The notes beneath the pieces are model-generated. The model was not told where the DNA came from and did not search any database. It was given only the letters and a program-made list of their open reading frames with translations. This document shows, one piece after another, positions 1 through 10,556 of a stretch of DNA of 22,697 bases (positions are counted from its first letter, which is position 1; each line of letters begins with the position of its first letter). The stretch is from Vermamoeba vermiformis (taxonomy: Eukaryota), in NCBI GenBank assembly GCA_045837725.1, contig JBEWZL010000157.1, forward strand, positions 62,001-84,697. The letters are read 5' to 3'. The position numbers and the translations under genes are program-made.

Positions 1-10
1 GATTGGATAA

Positions 11-1081
11 ATGAACGTGGTCACATCTCTGAAAGAAGCTTTGAGAGAAATTGAAGACAAGCGGAGGCAAAAAGAAGAATCGCCAGATAATACATTAGAA
101 AATATATCTGAATTATTGAAAGTAGTGACAGCTCGATTTGAAGACCTAAACGAATCTGACGCGAACCAAGGTCTTTGTGCCGAGTTATTAGCGGAGGATA
201 TTCCAGTGCGATTAATCCATCATGTAATATATTTGAATAATAACGTTACGAAAGACGTGAAGAATTTTATTCAGGCCCTCTTGAAGTACAAAATTAACGA
301 TCAACAACCGGCATTAGCTTATTTCTCTTCAAATATTGCTGTTATATTGGACAGAATATTAAATGGCCTCGAGAATGCATTGACAGAAAATGGTGGATGG
401 TGGGCTATGGAAATTTTGACAGCTTGTATGAAATACGGATGCTTGACGGTTCAGATGCTAAATCTAGCGACAATCCGCAGACTTGCACAATGGGCGACAG
501 TAGACGATTTTGACATATCAGGTGCGGGAGTGCATGCATTACGACAGTTACTGTCCTCCCAGCCAGATTTGGTCTTGGAATTTCTGACACCAAATTTTGA
601 AGCGTTTTTTGACGTCATAATCGACATGGTGGACGCTAATACCCGTAACACGGGCAGAAGCGTTATGGGATTACTACGAAATATGTTGTTCCAGCCCACA
701 TACAAGCAATTTATGTTAAAGTTTGTGGCAGATGAGCCTCAAAAATACGCTGCGTTTGTTATCGAGCAGCAGTTAACGCCTTGGACTTCCTATCAATTAG
801 ACGTATGGCACGTTTTCAAATTATTTGTGGCCTATCCGAACAAAGTGAGTAAATTTCAAAACAGCATCGACTAGTCTACTAATTTTCTTCAGACTCCCGC
901 TACGAAAAGGCTGTTAATCGAGAATAGAGAGGACCTATTACCAGTAATTAACCGATTGAGAGGGCTCATTTGGAATCCTGATGATGTTGAGGAAGTGGAT
1001 CACGTTCATTACTTACTCTCAAATATGACCGAAGACTCGCATCAATTTAGCAGCAAAGAAATGGGGGCTGCGCAATTCTAA
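11..1081 (+). CDS. Mo25/CAB39-like scaffold protein (divergent), 2 exons
   Basis: ORF 11-844 spliced over a GT..AG intron (845-892) reads ...DVWHVFKLFVAYPNK|TPATKRLLIENREDLL..., matching the Mo25 C-terminal signature (FHVFKxFVANPNK). DFDISGAG...ALRQLL resembles Mo25 FDIAxDAFxTFKxLL. Stop TAA at 1079-1081. Confidence 0.8.
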
Positions 1082-1263
1082 AAGGAACATGACCAAGGAC
1101 CACGAGGAAGACTAGGGGAGCCGAAGACTAGCAACGGTTACTGGCGTCGCAAAATATTCGTCTTTTCATCGCGTGCTGACGTCGAGAGAACCACGCAATA
1201 ATTTGTTGTTTATTAAAACAGCGTGTACTATTAGTAAATATACACTTATATTACCACGAGAGA

Positions 1264-1975
1264 ATGCTGGATGAGCTGCCAAGCGAGATTCTGTTTCATA
1301 TTCTTGGTTACGGTTGCGATGATATTACATCGTTAGGTAAATTTAAAAATATTGAAATAATTCATTAATATTTTGGTGTTCATTTGGGAAGCCAGTGTAA
1401 CGCTGGCTTATCCATAGAAAATATTGAATTTAATATATTAATAACCATCAAGAATATTTCTGACTCGTTCGTTGCAGCAAAATTGGCCCTTGTTAATCAG
1501 CGATTCCATCAAATAATTAATAGCGAAGATAATTTCCTTTGGAAGCACATCTGCGAGGAGAACGGGTAACGCATCCGATAGCGTTTATTAAAAATTCAAC
1601 TAATGCCCGTTGCATCAGCTACTACGAAGCGGAAGTATTAACAGACCTTGGCGAAACAAATCCCTACAAAGGCGTGGCTATTCAACACTTTTTGTTGGAA
1701 AATCGCAAACACACTTACGTGGATCGCAGTTCGATAGAGACGGAGCGCGTTGATTATCATCAAGTGGTATTAGATAGAAAACACAAGCGATTTAATAATT
1801 GGGTACGTACCTTGACCTCCTCGCGGATGTACAGATAGATCTTAAAACTAACAATCCTGCTTAGGTTTTGGTCAACATATTGGTAGTAGCTGTCGTAGTA
1901 GTTGTAGCTGTCATGTACGGCGACAGTACTGGCGGCGAGGACTTGATTCTCAAAAAGAATTTGCAGCATATTTAG
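1264..1975 (+). CDS. Small F-box protein with predicted C-terminal transmembrane helix, 4 exons
   Basis: Exons 1264-1336, 1478-1565, 1619-1802 and 1865-1975 join in consistent phase. The N-terminus MLDELPSEILFHILGY..SLAKLALVNQRFHQII..DNFLWKHIC is a typical F-box. The last exon encodes hydrophobic VLVNILVVAVVVVVAVMY. Confidence 0.75.
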
Positions 1976-2054
1976 ACTAATGTGCAGTACTTTATTGTTA
2001 GTTTACCGTGCCTATATAAAGAGTAACTTATTGATAGTATTTACGACAATATTT

Positions 2055-4514
2055 TCAAAGGCGGAAGAACTCGTCGTCGCAGATCTCTCTGAAAGTGGGG
2101 CGTGCATTTTTGTCCACGGTGAGCAGGCGCGAGATGAAATTTCTTGTTTTTTCGGGCAATGCAGTGAACTCCGGCGCAGTCTTCTTCCAGTCACCAGCCA
2201 CTATGGAGTTCATGATCTCTTCTTCTCCGAGTTCGATGTTGTACGGAAATATGCCGGTGAAGAAAGCGTAGCACAAGATGCCGTAGCCCCACACATCGAC
2301 TTCTACGCCGTAGTTCTGTGCACCTTCCAGCGTGAACAGTTCTGGAGGTAAATTGTACACGGGCAAATTCTCAGGCGTAGCCGTGACTGGATGCTCACGG
2401 AAGAAGTTAATGGTTGTGAGGCGAAGATCGACTATAGAATAACGTGTCATCAGTTAACATGCTACAGCTGTAGGAGGCACTTACAAGTTTCCGGATGGAT
2501 CACAAACATGTCGAGACAGTGTGTCACGTAGTCCTTGGAAAACATCATGGCGGCGCTGAGTACTTGTCGTACGATGTCCTTCAAGACTCGTTCTTTGTCA
2601 GGCCAAACTTGGCTCTGTTGGACAACGAAGGACGATAAGGGTACGTAGCCGAGTTTGGTGTAGTCGATAGCTGCCACGTAGACATAACGGCCGCTCTCGC
2701 ACCAGTCCATGTACTCACTGACGTACGGAAGGCCCTTCAGTTTCTGGTACACTCTGGCTTCGTGCAGATATGAGTCAGTTTTGGGAATGGTTTTGTCAAG
2801 GACAACGGGGATAACTTTTCCGCTGCTCGGATCTGTTCGTTTTGCGCTGAACATTTGGTACTCCTCGTACATGGCCTGCACGTACTGTCGGACACCTTCG
2901 TCCACGTTATCCAAGTTTTTCGTTTCATCTTGCGTATCGGAGAATTGGCTCAACCAAGTTTTGAGAGCATCATATTGAGGATCTGCGACGATAACCTGCG
3001 GAGGCACTTCCGGCTCCTTAGGCACCACTTCTGGCGTCTGAGGCACGGTCAATGGCACATCTACGGGCACGGGTTGCGGTGTCGGTATCTCGGGTGCTTT
3101 AGTCTCAACAGCGGCATCGTCTTTGAATAAGAAACTAATGTCAACGCCAGTGACGTCGAGTACGAACGCGTCGTGTTCGATTTGGACCATAATCTGATGG
3201 CAGCTTCAGATCAGTACACGGAGTATTGCGACTATTATGCTAAGGTGATACTTACTTGTTTCAACTCGGCAATAGGCAAGTTGGGGGTAATACCAAACAT
3301 GGCAAAATGGCTGCGGAACTGTCTCGCCATGTCACGCATGGAAGTGTTTGTTCGATTCGAGCTGATACCTTCGTACCTAAAGGCGTTGGCTACTGCCTCG
3401 TGCAAGCTGGCTAAAATTGAGTTCAAAAGCGATGCGTTGCGTCATGGTCAAAAATCCGTGGTAGAACGGACCAATTGCGTGGGCAGGGGGCAACAGGCCG
3501 AGGATCAGTTTCGAGGCCTCCATGTGCATGCCCAGGTTCAGTTGTATGGTCTTCAAATTGAGCTCTTCGAAGCTGCAGTGAATTCAGTTCAGAATTCTAG
3601 ATTCCAAAAATGGATGCGGAACTTACCGTTGGGAAGACTCTGCTGAGAATTGAAGCTTTTTAAGGTGTGCATTTCTCAAAGCAGCCTCTAAAATACAAAA
3701 AAATTAATAAGGGGATCGAAACGTTACTTTTTTTTTCAAGGTTCTTACCCGCTGGTGCGGAGTGTACGATACTCATTTCAAGTGTTGCATGACGAACGTT
3801 GCCATGGGGAGTAACAGTGACGGATATGTCCTGGAACAGCATGCCCGCCATCGTTGCATTGATGGCGACGAAGAATTGCTTGATCTTTTCGGCATCCTGA
3901 TCTGTAGCTCCATTAGTGAGCTGGAATTCCAGGCGATAAAATTTTGCGGAGGTGCTCATTGACGTATATGACAATTTGATGGCAGCTTTAATGTCTTCAG
4001 GTGCCAGATTGCCAATCGTAATTTTCGAATCTACAACCAAGGTGTTTGGATCTCGTCCATTGGCGGATTTGGCGGCGATTGCGTTTCCATCGTTGGTATT
4101 ATGTTGTATTTTAGCCTTTTCTGCTTCTAAGTCATTCTTCGCTTTGTTGATTAAGTACGAGATGCTGCGCATCAGGCTTCTCGACTGCAGCTTAGCTTTG
4201 ACTTCCTTCAATTTATCCGCAGAGTGATCGCTGGAGTGAGTATTGTCGCGAGTGCACCACCAATCGAAGAACTCGTCGAACGAAATTGAACCGTTGCCAT
4301 CTCGATCGAGCACCGCCAAGTACTTAGCGACTTCCTCGTCGGTCATGATCTTGCCCATTGAATATATGAGATCATGAAACTCCTTGGCATCGATCTCGCC
4401 GCTTCCATCCGTGTCGAAAAGGTTGAAAACTTGACGAACTCTTTGTTTTAAAACTTCTCTGCTCTTCGGATTGGCGTATAATAGCTTAGTATCGTCTTTA
4501 TGAACTCGCTTCAT
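2055..4514 (-). CDS. EF-hand pair + uncharacterised domain + Pro-rich linker + C-terminal pseudokinase, multi-exon
   Basis: Two canonical EF loops (DTDGSGEIDAKE, DRDGNGSISFDE). Phase-consistent GT..AG introns near 3748-3688, 3626-3573, 3471-3411, 3254-3194 and 2484-2431 link these to a kinase fold with PPE, DVWGYG and RLLTVDKNARPT motifs but no HRD or DFG. The middle introns are the least certain; one uses a GTCCGT donor. Confidence 0.65.
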
Positions 4515-4722
4515 TGTTGTATTCGTTTGAGATAAATTTAAAATTCAACTGCCGGCAAAACGGTTATTTTTAGTCTTCGAGTCTCGCTAAAATCTCGCGT
4601 GGGAATTGGCGAGGTTTGTTGCCTTGGTTGCTGGCTCAATTCAATCCGATTTTAAAATACAATAAAATAGGACTGACTTACACCATTTATCATTCTCCAA
4701 AGCTTCGGCATAAATTCAATTC

Positions 4723-6154
4723 ATGAATACGAATCTCGTGCCAGCTTCTGTGCGTATTTTCAATGCCATAAAAATGAGGACTTGATTCATTAATTTAATT
4801 AACATCAGAGGTTACCTCGAGAAGTACTAGAAGTAATTTTTGACCACATGTTTTCAACCTTTCCTACTTGAAGATCAGTTAATACGCGAACAAATAATTC
4901 AAAAATTCTTCAAAAAACCGCACATACCAGAACTAGGCATGGAATCGGTATTTGTTCGTCAAAAGCGGATTTACAAGTCCGCATCTTCTCTTTTGACAGT
5001 CTGTAGAGCTTTGTAAGTCCCAAAAAATTGAATAATTGCTTACTAACGCGATTATTTACGTCCAAATTAGCTATGCTGCAATGCGTGCCTCGAATGTCAT
5101 TTGGCAAAAAATCTTTCATCTGACTACACTTGGTGCCAGTTCCTGGTTAACAAAGACTCCCGCGATTATTCAAGAGAAATTTAACGCGAGTTATTATCAA
5201 GCGTGCCAATACTTAATGACATTCGTCGAAAGGCTCGAATCTTTGACGTTTGACCAGCTCCATCCAGATTTGACATTTGTTGGCGTTGGAACTTCCTTCA
5301 TTTTGTTCCAGCAAGATGAAGAGTACCTAAGATACGATCTATCGACTCACTCACTGGTTTCTTTGACTGAGATTAAGCCCGCAGGCGTCTGTTTTGTGCG
5401 CGGCAAGTACTTGATTGTGGAGGACAACAATTTCAACACGGGCCTCTCAATATTGATTTATGACTTGATTGAAGACGAATTACTCCAACACTACGAGAAT
5501 GTAACGAGCACTTTGCGAGAGACTGGCTTTATATCGCGCCATAGTTTTGCGCGTAAGTTTTTATCTCTGGCTGTTTAATCACTTTCCTAACGCCGTACAT
5601 CAGGATACGGAGATTGGTTGTCCTATCAATTCTTTGTGCGGTCTACACGTGAAGGAGAGCATTATAACATGTTGTTTGGCATATCGCAGCACGTGGTGAA
5701 AGAACAAAAGTTATTTGATTACCTCAGATTCAAGGACGATGACACTCATTATTTGAACATTGTGCGCTCGGCTAGTGGGTGTGGGAGAGATGTTCTCTTG
5801 CGCTCTGTCATCAATGCAAACAGGTACGTTGTATTTGGGCTAATGAATACACTGCTAAATATTCAATATAGGACTTTTGAAACAGTCGCTGACCAGTCCG
5901 AAGAACTTAATCCAATTACACGCGAGTCAATATCGCGATTACCAGTAAGGCGAGCGAAGTTGCTTGGAAATTTTGCTATCGCCCAAAGCGAGGACAAATT
6001 GATCGCGATAACAACGTCCTTGAAGAGAGCTGTCAACTACGTCGATTCTGGTGCTCTCGGCTTCGCGCTTGAAAAGTTCTGCATTCGTGGCAATGAGCTA
6101 TTTGTAGTTCACGAGGGGAATTGCTTTGCTGCATTGTTGTGGGACGAAGAATGA
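4723..6154 (+). CDS. F-box protein with a probably beta-rich C-terminal region
   Basis: MNTNLVPAS|RLPREVLEVIFDHM...ASSLLTVCRAF|YAAMRASNVIWQKIF gives an F-box motif. Introns at 4750-4808, 5013-5070, 5553-5603 and probably about 5824-5871. The model needs either a +1 frameshift at T4 (4851-4854) or an intron ending at 4878. Confidence 0.65.
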
Positions 6155-6296
6155 CCAATCATCAAATATTCTAACGTAAATAATGACGTGTACTTACATA
6201 GCTTCGTCGTTTAATGACTGACCGGCTGGAATTTTGATAAGAGGTTGGGAACACAATTTTTTTCTTTGTTCTTTATATAATTAAGAACGGAGCAAA

Positions 6297-9239
6297 ATGG
6301 ACGTTAATTACTTCAACATTTTGTCAAATGAGGTGACATCTAGCATCATTTCATTTCTGGATGCAACGTCGTTCTTTCAATTTTGTCGCTGCTCTCAGGC
6401 CTTGTGCGAATTTAATAATATTACAAATGAACACTGGAGAATATTTTATTCGATTCAATGGTGCGTTGATGATGGGGAGCTGGTAGTATACAGCGAAGAG
6501 TAAGTCGGATTTGAATTATAAAATTAATTAAAAATTCGAAAACAAATTCCTATTGCGGTGTTGTGCAATTCTAGAGCATTTCTAACATAGATACACATGT
6601 AGAGATTGGCAAACTGTATTTAAACAAAGATTTAATGCCGAAAAGTCGTTTACACAACGCATCGAGCAAAACTTGCCTGTTACTGGGCCGTATGGCAATT
6701 CTTCATATAAAACCACTCCAATATCGTCCTTGGATCCAATCGAAGAAGGCCTCGGAAAACTACTAACGCTTGATCCCACGCGGCTTTTAGCAGGGAGAAT
6801 TTCTCATCCTCTTGCGCTTTGTAAGAATATTCCATGATGATTCGCTTACTAATCGAACCTAGACATGGATTCTCAGACAAAAATCGACCTGGAAGTCGAT
6901 CCGTTAGAGGTCACAGTAACAGCGATCGCGAAAATTCTACGACTCGACCCGGAAAAGTGGATTCAAGACCCAGTTAATGCAGGGGAATTATTTGCTTGTT
7001 TGGATGTTTTGGATAACTACATTCGTGCGTATTATAACGCAAGTCCATGGATTAACATGCCAAATTAGGAAATGTCAAGAGCCGGCCGTGCCTGGGGCTA
7101 GTTTCAGTTCTCAGGGATTTCATTGACGCGAAATTTCAACCGAAATCCATCAGAGCTGCCGCGGTCATATTTACTAATATTCGTACGTAACAATGATCAT
7201 CATGTGATTTATCAATATTGTTCTAATGATTGGCTGTTTAGTGATTCTCAGCAACAATGAGGATGATCCGCCTGATTATCGTGCGATGGCCGATAATTTG
7301 CATCTAGTACGACGCACGGTTGAAGTATTCGAGAAAGTGACGTCAGATCCATGGTTGGATGTTTCGTTGCTCTCCACACTCCGACATTTGCTCAAAAAGA
7401 GCTGCAAAGATTCAGCGGAATTAGTTCGAAGACCAGCGTTCATTAAAAGACTGAAAGAAGTAATGCAGAACAAAAAACCAGAGTATATCACCTAAAACTG
7501 CGAGCGGGCTGTTGACAAACGGAGCAGCAGTTGTATCCAACATCGCTTCCATAGGTATGTATAATACGACTGTTCAGTACAGCTAAGTTGACTGAAAACT
7601 GTAGATCCGGATTACGCCGCTAGTCAAGGCCTTCTTGAATTGCTGATTGATGTCGCTTACCAAATTGAGGGCGTAGATAAATGGCTGCTGTTTGACGTAG
7701 CTCAAGGATTGAAACGATTCAGTAATTCAAGTAAGATACATTGCCCAAATTCACCGCATCACGTACTCACGACATTTAGAAAATCTTCGCCTAAAAATTG
7801 CGAGCAATACTTCGCTTCTCAATCACATTATGAGATTGCTTCATAGCGCTGCAAAGAGTGGTGGAGTGCCTTTGTCCGATTTAAGGATGGTTTTCTTGTT
7901 GTTCCGCGAATTGTGTAGAAAATGTAAGTTGATGAAGTTGATGAACATTATTAGTCCGCATATTAACTAGTTTAGCGTTATCGACGATGTTTGACGGCGG
8001 TTATTTGGAGGAGTTGTTACCGTACCTCAAAAAAGTTCAAACAGATACGTTATTCGCTGACCTGTGCGATATCATGGGCTATTTTATTCGACATGGGATT
8101 GAAAACTGTAAGAGCTGCTCTCGCTTCTTATATCAATCATAGTTATAATATTTATTGCGCTAGTACGGTTGGATGCCGTGCACAAAAAGCTGGAGCCACA
8201 TTTGCAGACCATCATCAATCACCGGCACTTCAAAGAATCGATTCCATTCTGGCAAAATTATTATTGTGGTATGGACTTTGCGGGGTGTTATTTCAGCGTT
8301 GCTTAATGTTGCTCAGGAATGCCAATGCCTCGCGAAATAACGAAGAGTCTCGTTGAAAGAATCATTCCTGAAGTGCCTCTCGAAACTGATCTCGATTACG
8401 CTCGGTCGTATGCTGAGCTGTTGGCAAACATTGCTCAATCGGATCGTACGTTTAAATGATTGTCTTATCTATTTCTGACGTTTGAATAGGGGCTGTATTA
8501 TTAGAAATGGATATTCAAGTCGTCTTTGAACATTTTGCTTTGAAGTTGATTCTGGATGAAGACCGTGAAAACGACACGAACAGTCGCGGACTAATTCCAT
8601 ATCCAATTTGCTTCTTGTCTGCCTCCGCCTCTTTGCGTAAGATTTGACATTGTTGACTAGCATTGACTAACTTGTTTATAGCACAAGCAGCACAACTAGC
8701 GATACACAACAGCGCTTTATTAGACAAAATGAACTCGTTGTACTGCGATGAAGAAGAGAACGAGACGATTTACATGGTCACGCACTTCTACAGTCACCTT
8801 GTTACACTTGAAGGTAATGAATGGCAAGCAATGTAAGCGATTAAAGGAGTGTATTAGGCTGGGACAACAGAAAGGGACTCGATATCTTGGCTCGTTTCGG
8901 AGCTACAATGCCACTTGACGCGGAAATGTACTTCATGTTCACATTTATCGAACCTTACTCGCACTTGTTCCTGCGTGACAATCCAGTGGAGATGGTGCTG
9001 TTTGGCAGTTGGATGGTGGCTCGAATGTCTCAGAGAAGTACGGATTACCTTCGATTCAATCATATTGCAATCGGCTAACGTTGTTTATTACAGAGGAAGG
9101 GCGATTGGGATTGAAGAAATTGAGCGCAGATGTAGTCGAGTGGTTGTCAGGTCACTCAGACATGCGAATCAGAAAGAATATGAACCATTACCATCAAAAC
9201 ATGGAGAACGCCAAGAATCTGTACGACATTGAAGTCTAA
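6297..9239 (+). CDS. F-box protein with long helical (ARM-like) region, many short exons
   Basis: N-terminal F-box FNILSNEVTSSIISFLDATSFFQFCRCSQAL..EHWRIFY. A chain of phase-consistent ~50-bp introns runs to TAA at 9237-9239. Leu-rich amphipathic helices throughout. One apparent +1 frameshift in the A6 run at 7472-7477. Confidence 0.7.
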
Positions 9240-9351
9240 CATACAGAGTTCCGTTTGTCATGGGAAAGAAGATGACAGTAGCTCGTTATATTCATTAAAG
9301 AACAAGATATCTTACGCAAAAATCAAAATTGTTTATTGACAGTCCGTGTTA

Positions 9352-10556
9352 TTATTCGAACAAGGCCTCAGGATTGTGCACGAACACAGGGGCATCTTCA
9401 CCCTTGTATTCTGAAGGTTGACGTGCGGACACATGGCCAATGATGTAGCTCTCTTCACCGTGGTCTTTCAGCACTTTGCGCACGTGTTCAAGCTTGTCAG
9501 CAGCAACGACAATAACGAGACCAATACCCATGTTCCAGGTCTTCAGTAAGTCTGCAAAATTTGATTACTTACTCGTACATGAAGTATTAGAACGCCTTAT
9601 CAGAACTTACCATCAGCCGAGAATTTGCCTAAACTAATCAACCATTTGTAGACCGGAGGCAAAGGCCAGCTGCGCAAGTCCAAATCAACTTGGACGTTGC
9701 TGGGCACGACACGCGGAATATTCTCGGGCAAGCCACCGCCAGTGATGTGAGCCAAGGCCTTAATAGATTGGTCTTGAATGAGGGGCAGAACTTGCTTGAC
9801 GTAGATCTTAGTCGGCTCTAACAACGCGTCACCAATGCGTTGATGTTTTGACGGGAATGGCGGAGGTTGGTGCAAATCAATCTTGTTCACTGAAATGATC
9901 TTGCGGACCAACGAGTAGCCATTCGAGTGAATGCCTGAGGAGCTCAAGCCAAGTACGACGTCGCCAGGGACGACCAAGTCCAGCTTCGGCAACATCTGCT
10001 CGCGTTCAACAGCTCCGACAGCAAATCCAGCCAAGTCACTAAGACACTATTAGTATGAATGGAACCTGATTGTCAATATATAACGTACTATTCGCCAGGT
10101 TGGTACATGCCGGGCATTTCAGCAGTTTCACCACCGATCAGCGAGCAGCCACTTTGCAAGCAGCCATCAGCAATGCCCTTGACAACTTGATAACCTTCGT
10201 CAATGTTAAGAGAGGCACAGGCAAAGTAGTCCAAGAAGAACAACGGCTCGGCTCCTTGACACAGCACGTCGTTGACGGACATGGCCACAAGATCAATGCC
10301 AACTGTGTGATGCACGCCCATTTGTTGCGCCAACTTCAGCTTGGTGCCAACACCGTCAGTCTTGCTAACGAGGATGGGATCCTTGAAGTGAGTCTTGGAC
10401 ACGTCAAACAAGCAGCCAAAACCACCCAAAGCAGCGTCAGTGCCAACGCGTCGTGTGCTCTTGGCAAGAGGCTTGATGCGTTCAACGAGCTCGTCTTGAG
10501 CGGCAATATCGACACCAGCGTCCTTGTAGCTCAGTGACACCTTGCTAGTGCTAGTC
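9352..10556 (-). other. purM: AIR synthetase (PurM) domain of the trifunctional gene
   Basis: [38 protein letters not shown] and [22 protein letters not shown]. Confidence 0.95.

Noticed and set aside
1107-1131. Short direct repeat GAAGACTAG x2 downstream of the Mo25-like gene
   Set aside because: Only 9 bp in two copies. No array or CRISPR-like structure.
10070-10537. Long antisense ORFs over purM, and similarly over purD, purL (16479-17036) and the transposase
   Set aside because: Shadow ORFs opposite well-conserved, codon-biased genes, with no independent motifs.
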